A stretch of 64,000 nucleotides of DNA from the human T2T-CHM13v2.0 reference genome, Homo sapiens. The stretch is from assembly GCF_009914755.1 (NCBI RefSeq), contig NC_060931.1. One strand, written 5' to 3'. The position numbers were made by a program, and so were the translations under genes. Every line of letters starts with the position of its first letter. Positions within the stretch are counted from its first letter, which is position 1. The notes beneath the pieces were generated by a model, which worked only from the letters and a program-made list of their open reading frames with translations, did not search any database and was not told where the DNA came from. Of this stretch, positions 11,973-24,409 are shown in pieces.

Positions 11973-12069
11973 CTCTCTCTCGGTTTCTCTCTCTCTCTGT
12001 CACTCTCTCTGTCTCTCTCTCTCTGTCACTCTCTCTCAGTCTCTCTCTCTCTCTTTCTCTCTCTCTCTC
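11973..12069. repeat. Compound (CT)n / CTCTGTCA pyrimidine repeat in intron 4
   Basis: ~97-nt CT-rich tract seen directly. Confidence 0.92.
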
Positions 12070-12377
12070 AGTGGGTGGCCAGCCTTGAAGGTGGGATGTG
12101 TTACAGTCTTATAGTTAATAAGAGGCCTCAGAAGTCTCATAGTCCTAGGTTTGAATCCCATAGAAGGCACTTAATAAAAATTCCATTTGTTTGTTTAAAT
12201 ATTTAGTTTTTATGATTAATAATTTGTTTAGCATTTATGGTTCTGCTTTATTCCTCAGGATAATATATAGATAGAAAATGTTACATATTTTGAGAATCAA
12301 ATTATTTTATAAAAGATATAATGTAGCATCTTTAAAAACAAATCTATATGTGTTTGCTAATTTTATCTTTCTTCTAG

Positions 12378-12401
12378 GACATGGCCAGATCTCTCACAAA
12401 A
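12378..12401 (+). CDS. TAC1: TAC1 exon 5 (24-nt micro-exon)
   Basis: TCTAG|GACATGGCCAGATCTCTCACAAAA|GTAAGT; (G)HGQISHK. Confidence 0.98.
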
Positions 12402-13854
12402 GTAAGTTCAAAATTATTTTGACATTTATCAAATTTAAATGTAAAATTATATTGAATTTCACTTTATTTATCTTACCTTATTTTCTGTCATGACTCTAGG
12501 GCTTAATATGTTTAATGAAGACAATATAAGAATGGGGGAGATTCATATTACATCCAGAATATGGTTGTTTAGACATATTGTACTTAGCAAAGAGATGCAT
12601 TATATTAAAAAAGAAAAAAATGTCTTTTAAGTCCCTTCAATTGTTAGTTTTAGAGAAGAATTTCAATCCTAGGATTAGAAATCTACCATACATATTTCTT
12701 CCCAGCCACCCACCCCCTAAGCTTACTTTCACTGTAAACAAACAAACAAACAAACACGAAACCCCCACAAGCATTTATAGGCATCTCCTAACTCATTTTA
12801 GTATGCTTGGTCCAATAATGATGTCATTTATTAGGGTCATCCAGCAGCCAATTAAATGGAATGAGTGAGTGAACATGAGTAGAGAATCCATACTAAAAAT
12901 GAAGACGGTAGAGATGCAGTTTTTTAATCCCCTAATTGAATGGGAAAACTCGATCAGTAAAACATTTCTTAGGGCAGCAAAGATGGCAAAATTGTGGTAT
13001 GTGAAGGTCATTAAATTTGTTTCTCAGTTAATGGAACCGGAGTTGACAAGAAGTGGAAAGGGTCTATCTTCATCGTATTGTCCACTCACCTATTGTACCC
13101 TGTCATGGATTTGGTTCATTGGGTGGCAGAGCAGGCCACATTAACGTAGCAGCTCTATTCTCAACTATTAAAATAAAAACCAAGAGAAATTCTCTCACTA
13201 GCATTAAAATAGTAACCTTTCCAAAGAGTTCATCTTTGAAAAATAAATAAATAGTATTCATATTTACTTTCTAAGGATTTGACTTTGAAGAGAATTATAT
13301 ATAAAAATTCTATGTAATAAAAAATGTACTCTGTTCATGTGAAAACTAATAAACTTTTCTGAAAGGAGTATCTTTTAATATCCAATAAAATAAAAACAGT
13401 GACCTTTTAGAAGATTATAATCATCAAGGAAAGGAATCTGGTTTAATTAAGGTCTACTTGCTGAGAAGTACAACTTATTAATAACACAAGGAATTATGCT
13501 TGGATATTTCACTCTCACACAAATGTGAAATTGACTTCCTAAAAAATCAAACCTAGCTCAAATAACAATATTTTATATAAAATATTTTAGACCCTTACAT
13601 AACAGATAAAATATATGAATAGAGAGTGCTTGCTAATATTAAATATAGAATTAAGAAAAGTGGTTTCATTGTATTGTTTTAGTGTAATTTATAAAACTTT
13701 TAAGGAATCTTTATTTCTTCAGTCTCACCAAAACTTGAAGTAGATAGATATTTATTATACAGACATATATTCAGAAGCTTGCTTTGTTCTGGTTATAATA
13801 GTTTGTTTCCTCAAAGATATACATATTAAAATACCCCTAAATGTATTTTTCCAG

Positions 13855-13908
13855 GACATAAAACAGATTCCTTTGTTGGACTAATGGGCAAAAGAGCTTT
13901 AAATTCTG
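13855..13908 (+). CDS. TAC1: TAC1 exon 6 (54-nt cassette; skipped in alpha and delta): neurokinin A HKTDSFVGLM (13857-13886) plus GKR
   Basis: TCCAG|GACAT; (R)HKTDSFVGLMGKRALNS; donor CTG|GTATGT. Confidence 0.99.
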
Positions 13909-16827
13909 GTATGTATGAAATTATGACTGAAAATAGACAGTATCTCAAATCTATTTCTATTTTTTCTAAGACATAGTTTTAAAATATTAAAAAGGAGTGG
14001 TAGATATAAAAATGAGTATTATGGTGGAAAAATTTAATTGTTGTACTTGTAACCACAAATGGATTTATAGCTGGTTAAGCTAATATTACCACAGTATCTG
14101 TCTATTTCTCTCCAATCACCATTCTTACCAGTGTCTGCCCCATTTAATCATTACCAACCTGAATCTTTGGGTTAGTGCTATATTCTTTCCTATAGATCTG
14201 TTAAATAAGCCGTGTTTAACCTTACTGAACTAAGGGGGAGTGGGGAGTGCAGGGAAGAATGAGGGTGATTTTCACTTGTTATCAAAGTAATTTGAAAGTT
14301 TTACAAGACATTACATTTGGCGATCTTCCAATACAAAAATAAATTCACAAAACAAATTCTTTATGCAAATTAATCACTTTTTATGAAGGTGTAGAAATTC
14401 AAAATCTAAACATCCTGATGGATGTTGGAGAGGACAAAAGTGATACGGTTTATTCCAGTACTTTCAAAAAGGAACACAATTAAATATCCTTGAGTGTTAT
14501 AAATTGGTTCTGGCTATAAACTCCTTAGAGAGAAAGGATGCCACAATTCTCATTTTAATTCTGAACAACTTTTTCGTATGATATAAAGGCTGCAGGTTTC
14601 CTTCTCTTCAATTTCCATCTTCTTTGTAAATACCACGTACATATATCTGAAAACCATTATTAGTTAACTCATTCATCACACTGATTTCAATGTAAATAAC
14701 CCCTAGATCATTTTAATAGAAGCTCACTTTTTGTTAAGACCTTATAGCTCTTACCTCTAGGGCTTCTTGGAAAAGCTATTCAAATTCTATTTTGCCTTCA
14801 GTGAAAATAGAATTAAAATACTAAATACGTTATTAATTATAAAGTAATCAGCAGCTGTCTTACCCATTTAGAATATTTCCAGTTTCTAGACAATCTATAA
14901 GATGTGCTGGCTTAATCCTTATCTGGATCCTAGGAAAAATAATTATCCTAGTGTTTTTTAATGGAGATTTTTTTCTTTATTGTGAAATGTAAGACTTGGG
15001 TACATTAAATAAAACCACTTTCTGTGGGGCAAAAATCAAAACGCGCAATAGAAAAAAAAAGTTAACACAATCTGGGCTACGGCAGAAGCCAGAGAATATA
15101 TTCATATAATTGAAAAGTTCTAAGTGTTTCATAATTGACCTTTTGATACAAAATTTCCAATAAATCTGGAATTTGAAGTTCTTGGTGAAGTCCACAGGAC
15201 TTCCTAGTGTTCTTATTGGGTCCCCACTTTCTATTTAGACACTACCTTTGCATCTTCTCACCAGTCATTTTGGGCTGCCGAAGTGTAAAAGTGTAAGAAA
15301 TTATCAATGTGCCTTAATGAAAAACTTGTAATTGTTTTATTAATATGTATTATCTTCCCACTTTTGGAAATGAAATATAAATTTAAACCACAATGGCTTT
15401 TATTTGTACCAATACATACTAGTCCTCACTTAATTGTAGTTTTCTTGATAATCATATTAGTCATCAACTTTCCATTTCCAGAATTGATATAGGTTTCAGA
15501 ACATGCTTAACTTTACAAATGTAGATATTGTACAAGTTAGAACAGATTAAATACAATTAAATGTACTTAAAATAATAACATAATTTTAAGTAGTGATAAA
15601 AATCACTGTAGTGAATCAGGATCAATTTATAACTAAATCTTTGTTCCTCCATTTTAGTTAAGGAAATATAAATAGGTGAAATGTGGAAAAAAATGTGATA
15701 TGATCCACAGTCAATCAGGGATCTTTTTATGTACCTCATTGAGGCAAGGTTATCATAGCCTTAATCTATAGCCCTCTGATCTTTACCCACTCATGGTCAG
15801 GGACCCCTTTGACAATCTGATAAATCTAGATAGATGCCCTTTCCCAGAGAAACCCTCATCAGCTCATACACTCAAAAATTTATATCAGGCTTCAGAGGGT
15901 TCAAAGACCAGGTAAGAAACTCTGCTTCCATGTAAGAGGACATTATGTTCCAGCTAAATCACTGTCTGTCTTTAGTTGGTTTACATTAGCTTTCATCTAA
16001 TTTCTCTGAGGAATAGAGTCATGTTACCTAAAGCTTGTCAGAGACTGAACTTGGGCCATTCATCCTGTTCCTAATATAATCAAACCAGAATGAGAAATAA
16101 ACTGTTTCCTTCCCTCACGCCTGTCCAGTGTTGGCTCAGACTGTTCTGCCTCACAAGTGCATACTTAATTGATGTAAAATATGCAGCTTATTGTTAACCG
16201 CACTTAAAGGATAGCTGGGTGTTTAAGACCAGTATTAAAAGAGGGAAGTGATAATACTGGTGCCTTTACCTGTCTTCTCTGTCAGCAAATCTTCTCACTG
16301 AGGAAACTGTTTAGAGTAGCACTTATTATTCCTACAGATCCTTCACAGATCTTTCTACTCTTTCTGTTTACATTCAGTATTTTATACAGGCCATACTGAA
16401 TTTCAAAAAGCATAGTAGTTCCACTATACCATACGTCTAAGTCTATAAGGTATTCGTTAAGGATGAAAAATATCCCAAAATACTTTTATTGCAACAGTCT
16501 GATTTTTACCCCTTTGTGGTTACAGATCCCTTTGAAATTATATATAATAAATATAATATAATATAATATACAATTTTGGCATTTTTTTGTCCAGATAATC
16601 AATGTATTTAAATTACTTGCTAGCTATATGTTAAATACCTTTGGAAGCAATAATTAATGCTTCACAGGCCATTAAGGTGCTAGTGAAAAGTTAAACAGTA
16701 TGGTATTTAGATGGCTCAACTGACTTACCTATGGTAAATGGGCTGTTTTTAGTCTTGAGGGCAGTCCATCACTGGGAGGTATCCACAAGGTAGGAAGAGA
16801 CCCCTACACAATTAGATGCCCCTTGAA

Positions 16828-17035
16828 CAAAGATCAGCAAACTTTTCCTGAAAAGAAACAGATTATAAATATTTTAGGCTTTGTGAGCCATGTAATCTCT
16901 GTTGCAACTACCCAAATCTGTTATTTTAGGCCAAAGCAGCCATAGACAATATGTAAATGAATGAGTGTGTCTGTATTCCTATAAACCTCTTTACAAGAAC
17001 AAATGGTATTCTAGATTTGGCCCATGGTCTCTGCT
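16828..17035 (+). mobile_element. MER58A-like hAT-Charlie element in intron 6
   Basis: CAGCAAACTTTTCCTG...AAATATTTTAGGCTTTG...AAAGCAGCCATAGACAATATGTAAATGAATG...GATTTGGCCC. Confidence 0.75.
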
Positions 17036-17425
17036 AGAATAAAAGTCCCACATTTGGTTTTTATCCTACTAGTATTCCTGGTTATTTTAGGCATTGTCCT
17101 TTCTAGAATTCACTATGGGTATCTGCCACTGCTTGAGAAAGCTGCTGAGAATCAACACTGCAATATATTGTGGAAATATGCTTTGGGGGCACCAAGTATA
17201 TGATGAATGATGAATGAAACCGAGTTCTGTGGTTAGATCATTTCCAATCAGAATAGAGACTGAGGCAGGATTGGAAGATGTGCAGATAACATTCTTAGAA
17301 ATACTTCTGTAGAGGGAAAATGTCATTATGAGTTTAAAATAAATTACTATATGCCCTGAACTTTAGTTGTGTAACTCCCTCAGTGAATTCACTTAAAAAA
17401 CACTTTATCTCTTCTTTGTTTTCAG

Positions 17426-17472
17426 TGGCTTATGAAAGGAGTGCAATGCAGAATTATGAAAGAAGACGTTAA
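17426..17472 (+). CDS. TAC1: TAC1 exon 7 coding part: C-terminal flanking peptide and stop
   Basis: TTCAG|TGGCT; (V)AYERSAMQNYERRR then TAA 17470-17472; spliced CDS totals 129 aa. Confidence 0.99.
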
Positions 17473-18022
17473 TAAACTACCTAACATTATTTATTCAGCT
17501 TCATTTGTGTCAATGGGCAATGACAGGTAAATTAAGACATGCACTATGAGGAATAATTATTTATTTAATAACAATTGTTTGGGGTTGAAAATTCAAAAAG
17601 TGTTTATTTTTCATATTGTGCCAATATGTATTGTAAACATGTGTTTTAATTCCAATATGATGACTCCCTTAAAATAGAAATAAGTGGTTATTTCTCAACA
17701 AAGCACAGTGTTAAATGAAATTGTAAAACCTGTCAATGATACAGTCCCTAAAGAAAAAAAATCATTGCTTTGAAGCAGTTGTGTCAGCTACTGCGGAAAA
17801 GGAAGGAAACTCCTGACAGTCTTGTGCTTTTCCTATTTGTTTTCATGGTGAAAATGTACTGAGATTTTGGTATTACACTGTATTTGTATCTCTGAAGCAT
17901 GTTTCATGTTTTGTGACTATATAGAGATGTTTTTAAAAGTTTCAATGTGATTCTAATGTCTTCATTTCATTGTATGATGTGTTGTGATAGCTAACATTTT
18001 AAATAAAAGAAAAAATATCTTG
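17473..18022 (+). other. TAC1: TAC1 3'UTR (AU-rich)
   Basis: Follows the stop; ARE nonamers TTATTTATT at 17487-17495 and 17557-17565; 3' end approximate. Confidence 0.85.
18002..18007 (+). terminator. TAC1: TAC1 major polyadenylation signal AATAAA
   Basis: AATAAA with a U/GU-rich downstream element (TTTTTGTCACATGTCTTTT) ~20-40 nt later. Confidence 0.85.
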
Positions 18023-19339
18023 AAGATTTTTGTCACATGTCTTTTATTAACATTTATGTCCAATTAGCAATCTTTCCTTTAATAGGTGAAATAGGTTCAA
18101 AGCGGTTTTGTCTAAAATGCAGTTTCTCTGTCATGCACTTTTTTTGCTAAATCACTTGTCATGAGATCATTTATGAAGAACACAATTGCATTTTGCATTC
18201 CAAAGAGTAAAGGCTAAGTTCTGGTTTTATATGCTTTTAATTCCTTTTTACAAATAGGATAATAATCTATTTCAAAGATATATTTCACTGATTATTTTCT
18301 TGTTGAGTAAAACATCAGCTCACTACCATTTCAGCCCTGCTCAGAGCCCAGGTATAAATGCATCAGTGCCTGAGTCTCACTAGCATTAAGATAGCAAATC
18401 AAATTCTCACAAAGATTGTCGGAAGATGATACAGGAAGATGAGGTGTTGATAATAGGGCAACACCCTCACAGCAAAAATAAGAACTCCTTTCCAGCATTT
18501 CTAAGAAGTGCCTGTGAATTGCTAATACCTATAACACTCTCTCTGTCTGATAGAAGCACATGCGTCAGGAATAAATACCAAGCATTGAGAGGGAGGCTTG
18601 TGCATTTTGATTGATAAGTGTCCTTGGAATCATTTTCTGATTGCATAGAGCATGTGAAGTATTGACCAGTGGTGAAACAATGCAGACAAGCACTGTTCAG
18701 TGAAGTAAAAAAAATGAATTTAGCCTGGACTGGTGACTGTTGGTGAGCAATAAAACCATTTGTAGGAGAGAAGAGCTAAAGCATATTTTAACATACATAT
18801 TTTCAATTAAATGTTTTTTTAAAAAACTCCAACTCATATTCCTTAGTACACAATACATCTAAATATGAAAAATTATATAATGGTAAGCAAAATGGAGAAA
18901 ACCAGAGTCATCCCCTAGAGCCCCACTCCCCAACAGCAATGTTTAACATTCCATTGAATAATAATTATAATAAATAATCATTAGCTAAAATTATATATGT
19001 ACTTAATCACTCAATGACAAAAATAATCGTCATTATTATCATTTTACAGATGGGGTTATGAAGCTTAACAAAATGCTGGGGTCAGAGATTATAATAGGAG
19101 TCAGGATTGGAAATAAACTGAGGGGGAAATAGAGCAAATATCTAACAATGAAATTGATTAAGCAAACGTACTAAAACAACAGAATATTATACAGTCATTT
19201 AAAGCAGCATCATGGTGTATTTAATAATGTGGAACATATATGGTATGTTGTTAGACATAAAGCAGTATTTGTTATATATATATTTACATATGTATTTACA
19301 CATATATATATAGTTTTTCTGCATAGCTGTTGTAACAAG

Positions 19340-19610
19340 AGGAACAATTTTAGTGGATAAGCACATGGGACTCAATGTCATACTACTCAGGTTTGAATCT
19401 TGGCTCTATCACATTATGAATGGCCTTGTAAAGATGGGCGAGTCCCTTAACTTTTCTTTGCCTTATTTTCCTCATCAGTAAAATTAGAATAACACTAGTA
19501 CTCACTACATGGCATTCAGCTGAGGGTTGAGTGAAATGATGCCTGTAAAGCTTTGAACACACTCTCTCACACACAGCGAGCATTCAGTGAATGTTACCTG
19601 TTCCCATTTT
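19340..19610 (+). mobile_element. MIR SINE
   Basis: GGTTTGAATCTTGGCTCTATC, TTTCCTCATCAGTAAAAT and GAGTGAAATGATGCCTGTAAAGC core motifs. Confidence 0.7.
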
Positions 19611-20145
19611 AAGCTACTGTTCAAAATGCCAGTGTGAAAATTAGTTCTATATTTTAGCCATAAAAAATGTTTATAGTCACTAGACACACTGAACAAGCAA
19701 CAGCATGGGGTGGTATTTAAATCTTTGCTTCACAAATTAAATCCAGGCTATATCACAAATTTGCAGTGCTTTGTGCTGTTCATTGCTGCACTAAATAGTC
19801 CCCGTGGCTCCTTCCCACTCTGAAATTCTATAAATCTCTGTGGTATGATCCCACAGTGCTACATAAAGACATGCATTGGCGGAACTTCACTCATGCCTGC
19901 TTTCCCTCTAGGCCCAGAAACCCAGTAGCAACACAAATAGGAAAAGGGACAGAAACTTCAGTTTAAGTTTCTGCTCAAACAATTTATTATTACTTTCTCT
20001 TTGTGCTATATTTCCTTTAAAGTAAGTTTTCTTCACCTATATTCTTTCTTATTGTATTCTGTTATGAAACAGCAAAAAGACCAAACTATATAAACTTACC
20101 TGTATACATTATTGCTTTGGTTTTTGTTTGTTTTGTTTTTGTTTC

Positions 20146-20640
20146 TGCATTGGTCAGGGCCCAGGGCAAAAATAAATTATTTTCAAGCTAATTTGAGAAG
20201 GGGTTAATAAAGGGACTAGTTACAAAGTTATGGGCAGCATGTAGAGAAGCTAGTAATGGTATATGGTTCTCCATGCTATGTCCTTGGGAGCAACAGCTAC
20301 CCCTATGCCAGAAGGATCAACGTGAAGAAATGAGGGTCCCTGTATGCAAAAGGCTGCTTGATGGCAGTTGCCTTCAGTAAAAGAGTGGAGCCAAAACAAG
20401 GTGTTCAAGTATGGATGGGAGGAGGAGAGTAGGGTGACCAGGTAATAAATATCCCATCCTCATTGCCACCCAGCTGTCTGATCTCCTGTCGGTACCTCCC
20501 ACTGGGCAAACCCAACTGGAAAACAGAAGAGTAGGAGCCCTTGAATGCTGTCTACACAAGTAAGCAGCACATATAGGGCTCTTGAGCATGTGGAGAAAGC
20601 CGGCAGGTGCATTGGTGGGGTGGGGCAGGGGACGAAGAAG
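20146..20640 (-). mobile_element. LTR33-like ERVL solo LTR
   Basis: AATAAATATCCC...CTGATCTCCTGTCGGTACCTCCCACTGGGCAAACCCAACTGGAA, the reverse of the LTR33 core. Confidence 0.55.
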
Positions 20641-21321
20641 GAAGATATTCAACACGTGTGCTTTATTATCTTGAATCAAAGGGAAATTAATAAGCAGAAA
20701 TCCAAATAAAGGAAAGTATACAGTAACAATAAAAGTCCTTCTCTACATCCCCAGGGATATAGTTTCACATGGATCCATCCAAACAGACAAAAATAAGAGC
20801 ATCTTGTCTCAATTTGAGCACGTGCTGAAATCGCTCCTTCTAACACGAAATCATTATGAATGATTTTTAAAGGTATATTTTTAAGGAAGTTAATACATAT
20901 GTTGGGATTTGTGCAAAACACAGGAAAGATTTTTATTAGATCAGAAATTTTGTAAATCCCCAAAAAAGAAGCAGAAGGGAAGCCACAATAGTAAGCCATA
21001 GCCCTAGCAGGAAATTGCAGAGGCTACAGTGGAAGGTGCCAACCCCAGAATAAGGAATTGACCACTGCAGACAACAGACTTGCTAGCAATACTGGATGAG
21101 TATTGCAGCCATGAGATAAGGGGACAAAATATTCAAAATTCTTAAGGAAAACAGTATTTAACCAAACTATCATGTAACAGTGAGGATGAATTTGTGGAAG
21201 AAGAAAAGCCAACTAAAAGCTGTTAACTTAAGCCTTATTAAAACCATTGCAACATGAGAATAGCTCAAAATAGCTATTTCTGCTGAAGAGCAGAAAGCCT
21301 AAGGAATTTATATGTTAGATT

Positions 21322-21650
21322 AGCCGGGTGCAGCAGCTCATGCCTATAATCCCAGTGCTTTGAGAGGCTGAGATGGGAGGATTGCTTGAGGCCAAGAGTT
21401 TAAGACCAGCCTGGTCTTAGAAAAGCAAGACCTCATCTCTACAAAAAATATAAATGAAACATTAGCTGGGCATGGTGGCACACGCCTGTAGTCCTAGCTA
21501 TTCAGGGAGCGAGGTGGGAGGATCATTTGGGCCCAGGAGTCTGAGGTTAAGGTGAGCTATGGTTGTGCTACCATATTTGAGCCTGGGCAACAGAGAAAGA
21601 CCCTGTTTCTGAAAACAAATGAACAACAACAACAACAACAACAAAACATA
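21322..21650 (+). mobile_element. AluJ element
   Basis: J-type GGAGGATTGCTTGAGGCC; (AAC)n tail; TSD-like GAATTTA(T/C)ATGTTAG at 21304-21318 and 21652-21666. Confidence 0.88.
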
Positions 21651-22407
21651 AGAATTTACATGTTAGGTTGATGAAGGTCAGTCAATATTTCACTATATCC
21701 TGAAAATTGTCCACTGTTCCAATTCAGAGAAGGTATGGGGCTGTATTAATAATGAGACAGGATTCAGGTCCTGAAAGACTGAAGCTTAGGTTCTAGCAGC
21801 TGTTATCCAATTTGGGTCTGAAAGGAAAAGTGAGGAGAAAGAGGTGTGGGCCCAGATCTTACTAGGGTCAGTGAAATAAATTCAGTCATTCACCTTCTTT
21901 CACTAATTAAGGGCATTTTCACGCATATAAGACCTCAGAAACTTTACACCCACCTTCTTTGAAAAAATTACTAAGGACTTATTTCAGCAAGAAGAAAACT
22001 AAATCCGGGAGGAAATAATTATAAGAAATATGGTGAGCAAAGTAATCATTTTTAAAATATTGCCAAATTGAAGAGTTATGTATGTGTGTGTTAAATAAAC
22101 AATCTAGAAATAAAATCTGATAAGATGTCAACATGGGAGTTAGCTGGGGGAGAAGGAAGGACAGTATAAAAGGAAATGAATACATGCTAAATTTATTGTG
22201 TTATTGAGGAGGCTAGGACATAATCCAGACTTTTTCTCAAAGAATGTGTAAGTTTCTGTGTGTGAGTTAAAAATATACACAGGCTAAAACTAAAAGAATA
22301 GATGAATAAGTAACTATCAAAACAGAAGAAGGAAAATGTTGCAAAGCACAATCTAATCAACAGAAGGAAAGAAAGCTTTTTTAAAATCTTCGTTAAAAAA
22401 CTAACTA

Positions 22408-22753
<346 letters not shown>

Positions 22754-22877
22754 TTATTAGACCTATTAAAAGACAGAGATGTCAGGTTGCTAAAAAGATA
22801 AAAAATGTAGCTATTTATTATTTACCAAAAGACAAACCTGAAAAAAATAGAAAAATGTCAAAAAATAAAGGGATATT

Positions 22878-23575
22878 GTTCAATTCCCACCTATGAGTGA
22901 GATTATGCGGTGTTTGGTTTTTTGTTCTTGCGATAGTTTACTGAGAATGATGGTTTCCAATTTCATCCATGTCCCTACAAAGGATATGAACTCATCATTT
23001 TTTATGGCTGCATAGTATTCCATGGTGTATATGTGCCACATTTTCTTAATCCAGTCTATCATTGTTGGACATTTGGGTTGGTTCCAAGTCTTTGCTATTG
23101 TGAATAGTGCCGCAATAAACATACGTGTGCATGTGTCTTTATAGCAGCATGATTTATAGTCCTTTGGGTATATACCCAGTAATGGGATGGCTGGGCCAAA
23201 TGGTATTTCTAGTTCTAGATCCCTGAGGAATCGCCACACTGACTTCCACAATGGTTGAACTAGTTTACAGTCCCACCAACAGTGTAAAAGTGTTCCTATT
23301 TCTCCACATCCTCTCCAGCACCTGTTGTTTCCTGACTTTTTAATGATTGCATGGACACAGGAAGGGGAATATCACACTCTGGGGACTGTGGTGGGGTCGG
23401 GGGGAGGGGGGAGGGATAGCATTGGGAGATATACCTAATGCTAGATGACACATTAGTGGGTGCAGTGCACCAGCATGGCACATGTATACATATGTAACTA
23501 ACCTGCACAATGTGCACATGTACTCTAAAACTTAGAGTATAATAAAAAAAAAAAGAAAGGAAAAAAAAAAAAAAT
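22878..23575 (+). mobile_element. L1HS-Ta, 5'-truncated, with 5' inversion (22878-23350 inverted, 23350-23575 sense plus poly(A))
   Basis: Diagnostic ACA at 23450-23452 and G at 23535; perfect TSD AAATAAAGGGATATT at 22863-22877 and 23576-23590; ORF2 C-terminus intact on the minus strand (22880..23251). Confidence 0.93.
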
Positions 23576-23786
23576 AAATAAAGGGATATTTTAAAAATCT
23601 GCCAAATACTAACATAATGATTATATGGCAATTTTACTGTCATACAAGTCAATAAAAAATTTTCCTGGTAAAAATTCCAGGAAATAAAAAATGATTATTA
23701 ATATTGATAAAAGGAATAATCTACTAAAAACACATAACAGCACTGAACCTTTATGAATATGAGGTAGAGTCAAAATATATAAAGCA

Positions 23787-23920
23787 GGCTGAGAACAGTG
23801 GCTCACACCTGTAAACCCTGCACTTTGGGAAGCCAGGGAAAAAGGGCTGCCTGAGTCCAGGAGTTTGAGACTAGCCCGGGAAACATAGCAAGGTCTCAAC
23901 TTTACCAAAAAGATTTTTAA
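23787..23920 (+). mobile_element. Free left Alu monomer (FLAM/AluJ-like) followed by a (TA)n tract to ~23970
   Basis: GGCTGAGAACAGTGGCTCACACCTGTAA...AACATAGCAAGGTCTC. Confidence 0.75.
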
Positions 23921-23938
23921 AAATTGTGTGTATATATA

Positions 23939-23971
<33 letters not shown>

Positions 23972-23983
23972 TTTTTTACTGGG

Positions 23984-24242
23984 AATTGTGAAGAATGCTG
24001 CAATGAACATAGGAATGCAGGTATCTTTTCAATGTACTGATTTCATTTTTTAAAATATATATATACCCAGAAGTGGGATTGCTGGATCATATAGTAGTTC
24101 TGTTTTTACATTTTTGAGGAATCTCCATACTGTTTTCCATAAGTTGTACTAATCTACATTCTCACCAATAGTGTATAAAGTTTCCCTTTTCTCCACATCC
24201 TTGCAACACTTGTATTTTGTCTTTTAGATAATAGCCATTCTA
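23984..24242 (-). mobile_element. Inverted L1MA fragment, near-copy of 26155-26416
   Basis: Reverse complement aligns end to end with the neighbouring L1MA segment. Confidence 0.85.
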
Positions 24243-24409
24243 TTATAAGAAGGGTGTATATATATGCCAATCAAAATATTTTAAAGTATTAAAAATGTGT
24301 AAATAATAGCTATGAAAAAGTCACACTTTTTCAGTCAAAAAGTAAGCAAGTGCAAGAGGAATTAAATAGACATATAGAGAATTAAGACAAATAGACATAT
24401 GCAATCAAG

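Noticed and set aside
11341-13895. Nucleotide similarity between the SP and NKA coding ends (GGATTAATGGGCAAACGG versus GGACTAATGGGCAAAAGA)
   Set aside because: Real, but it is the well-known shared FxGLM-GKR tachykinin motif; not novel.
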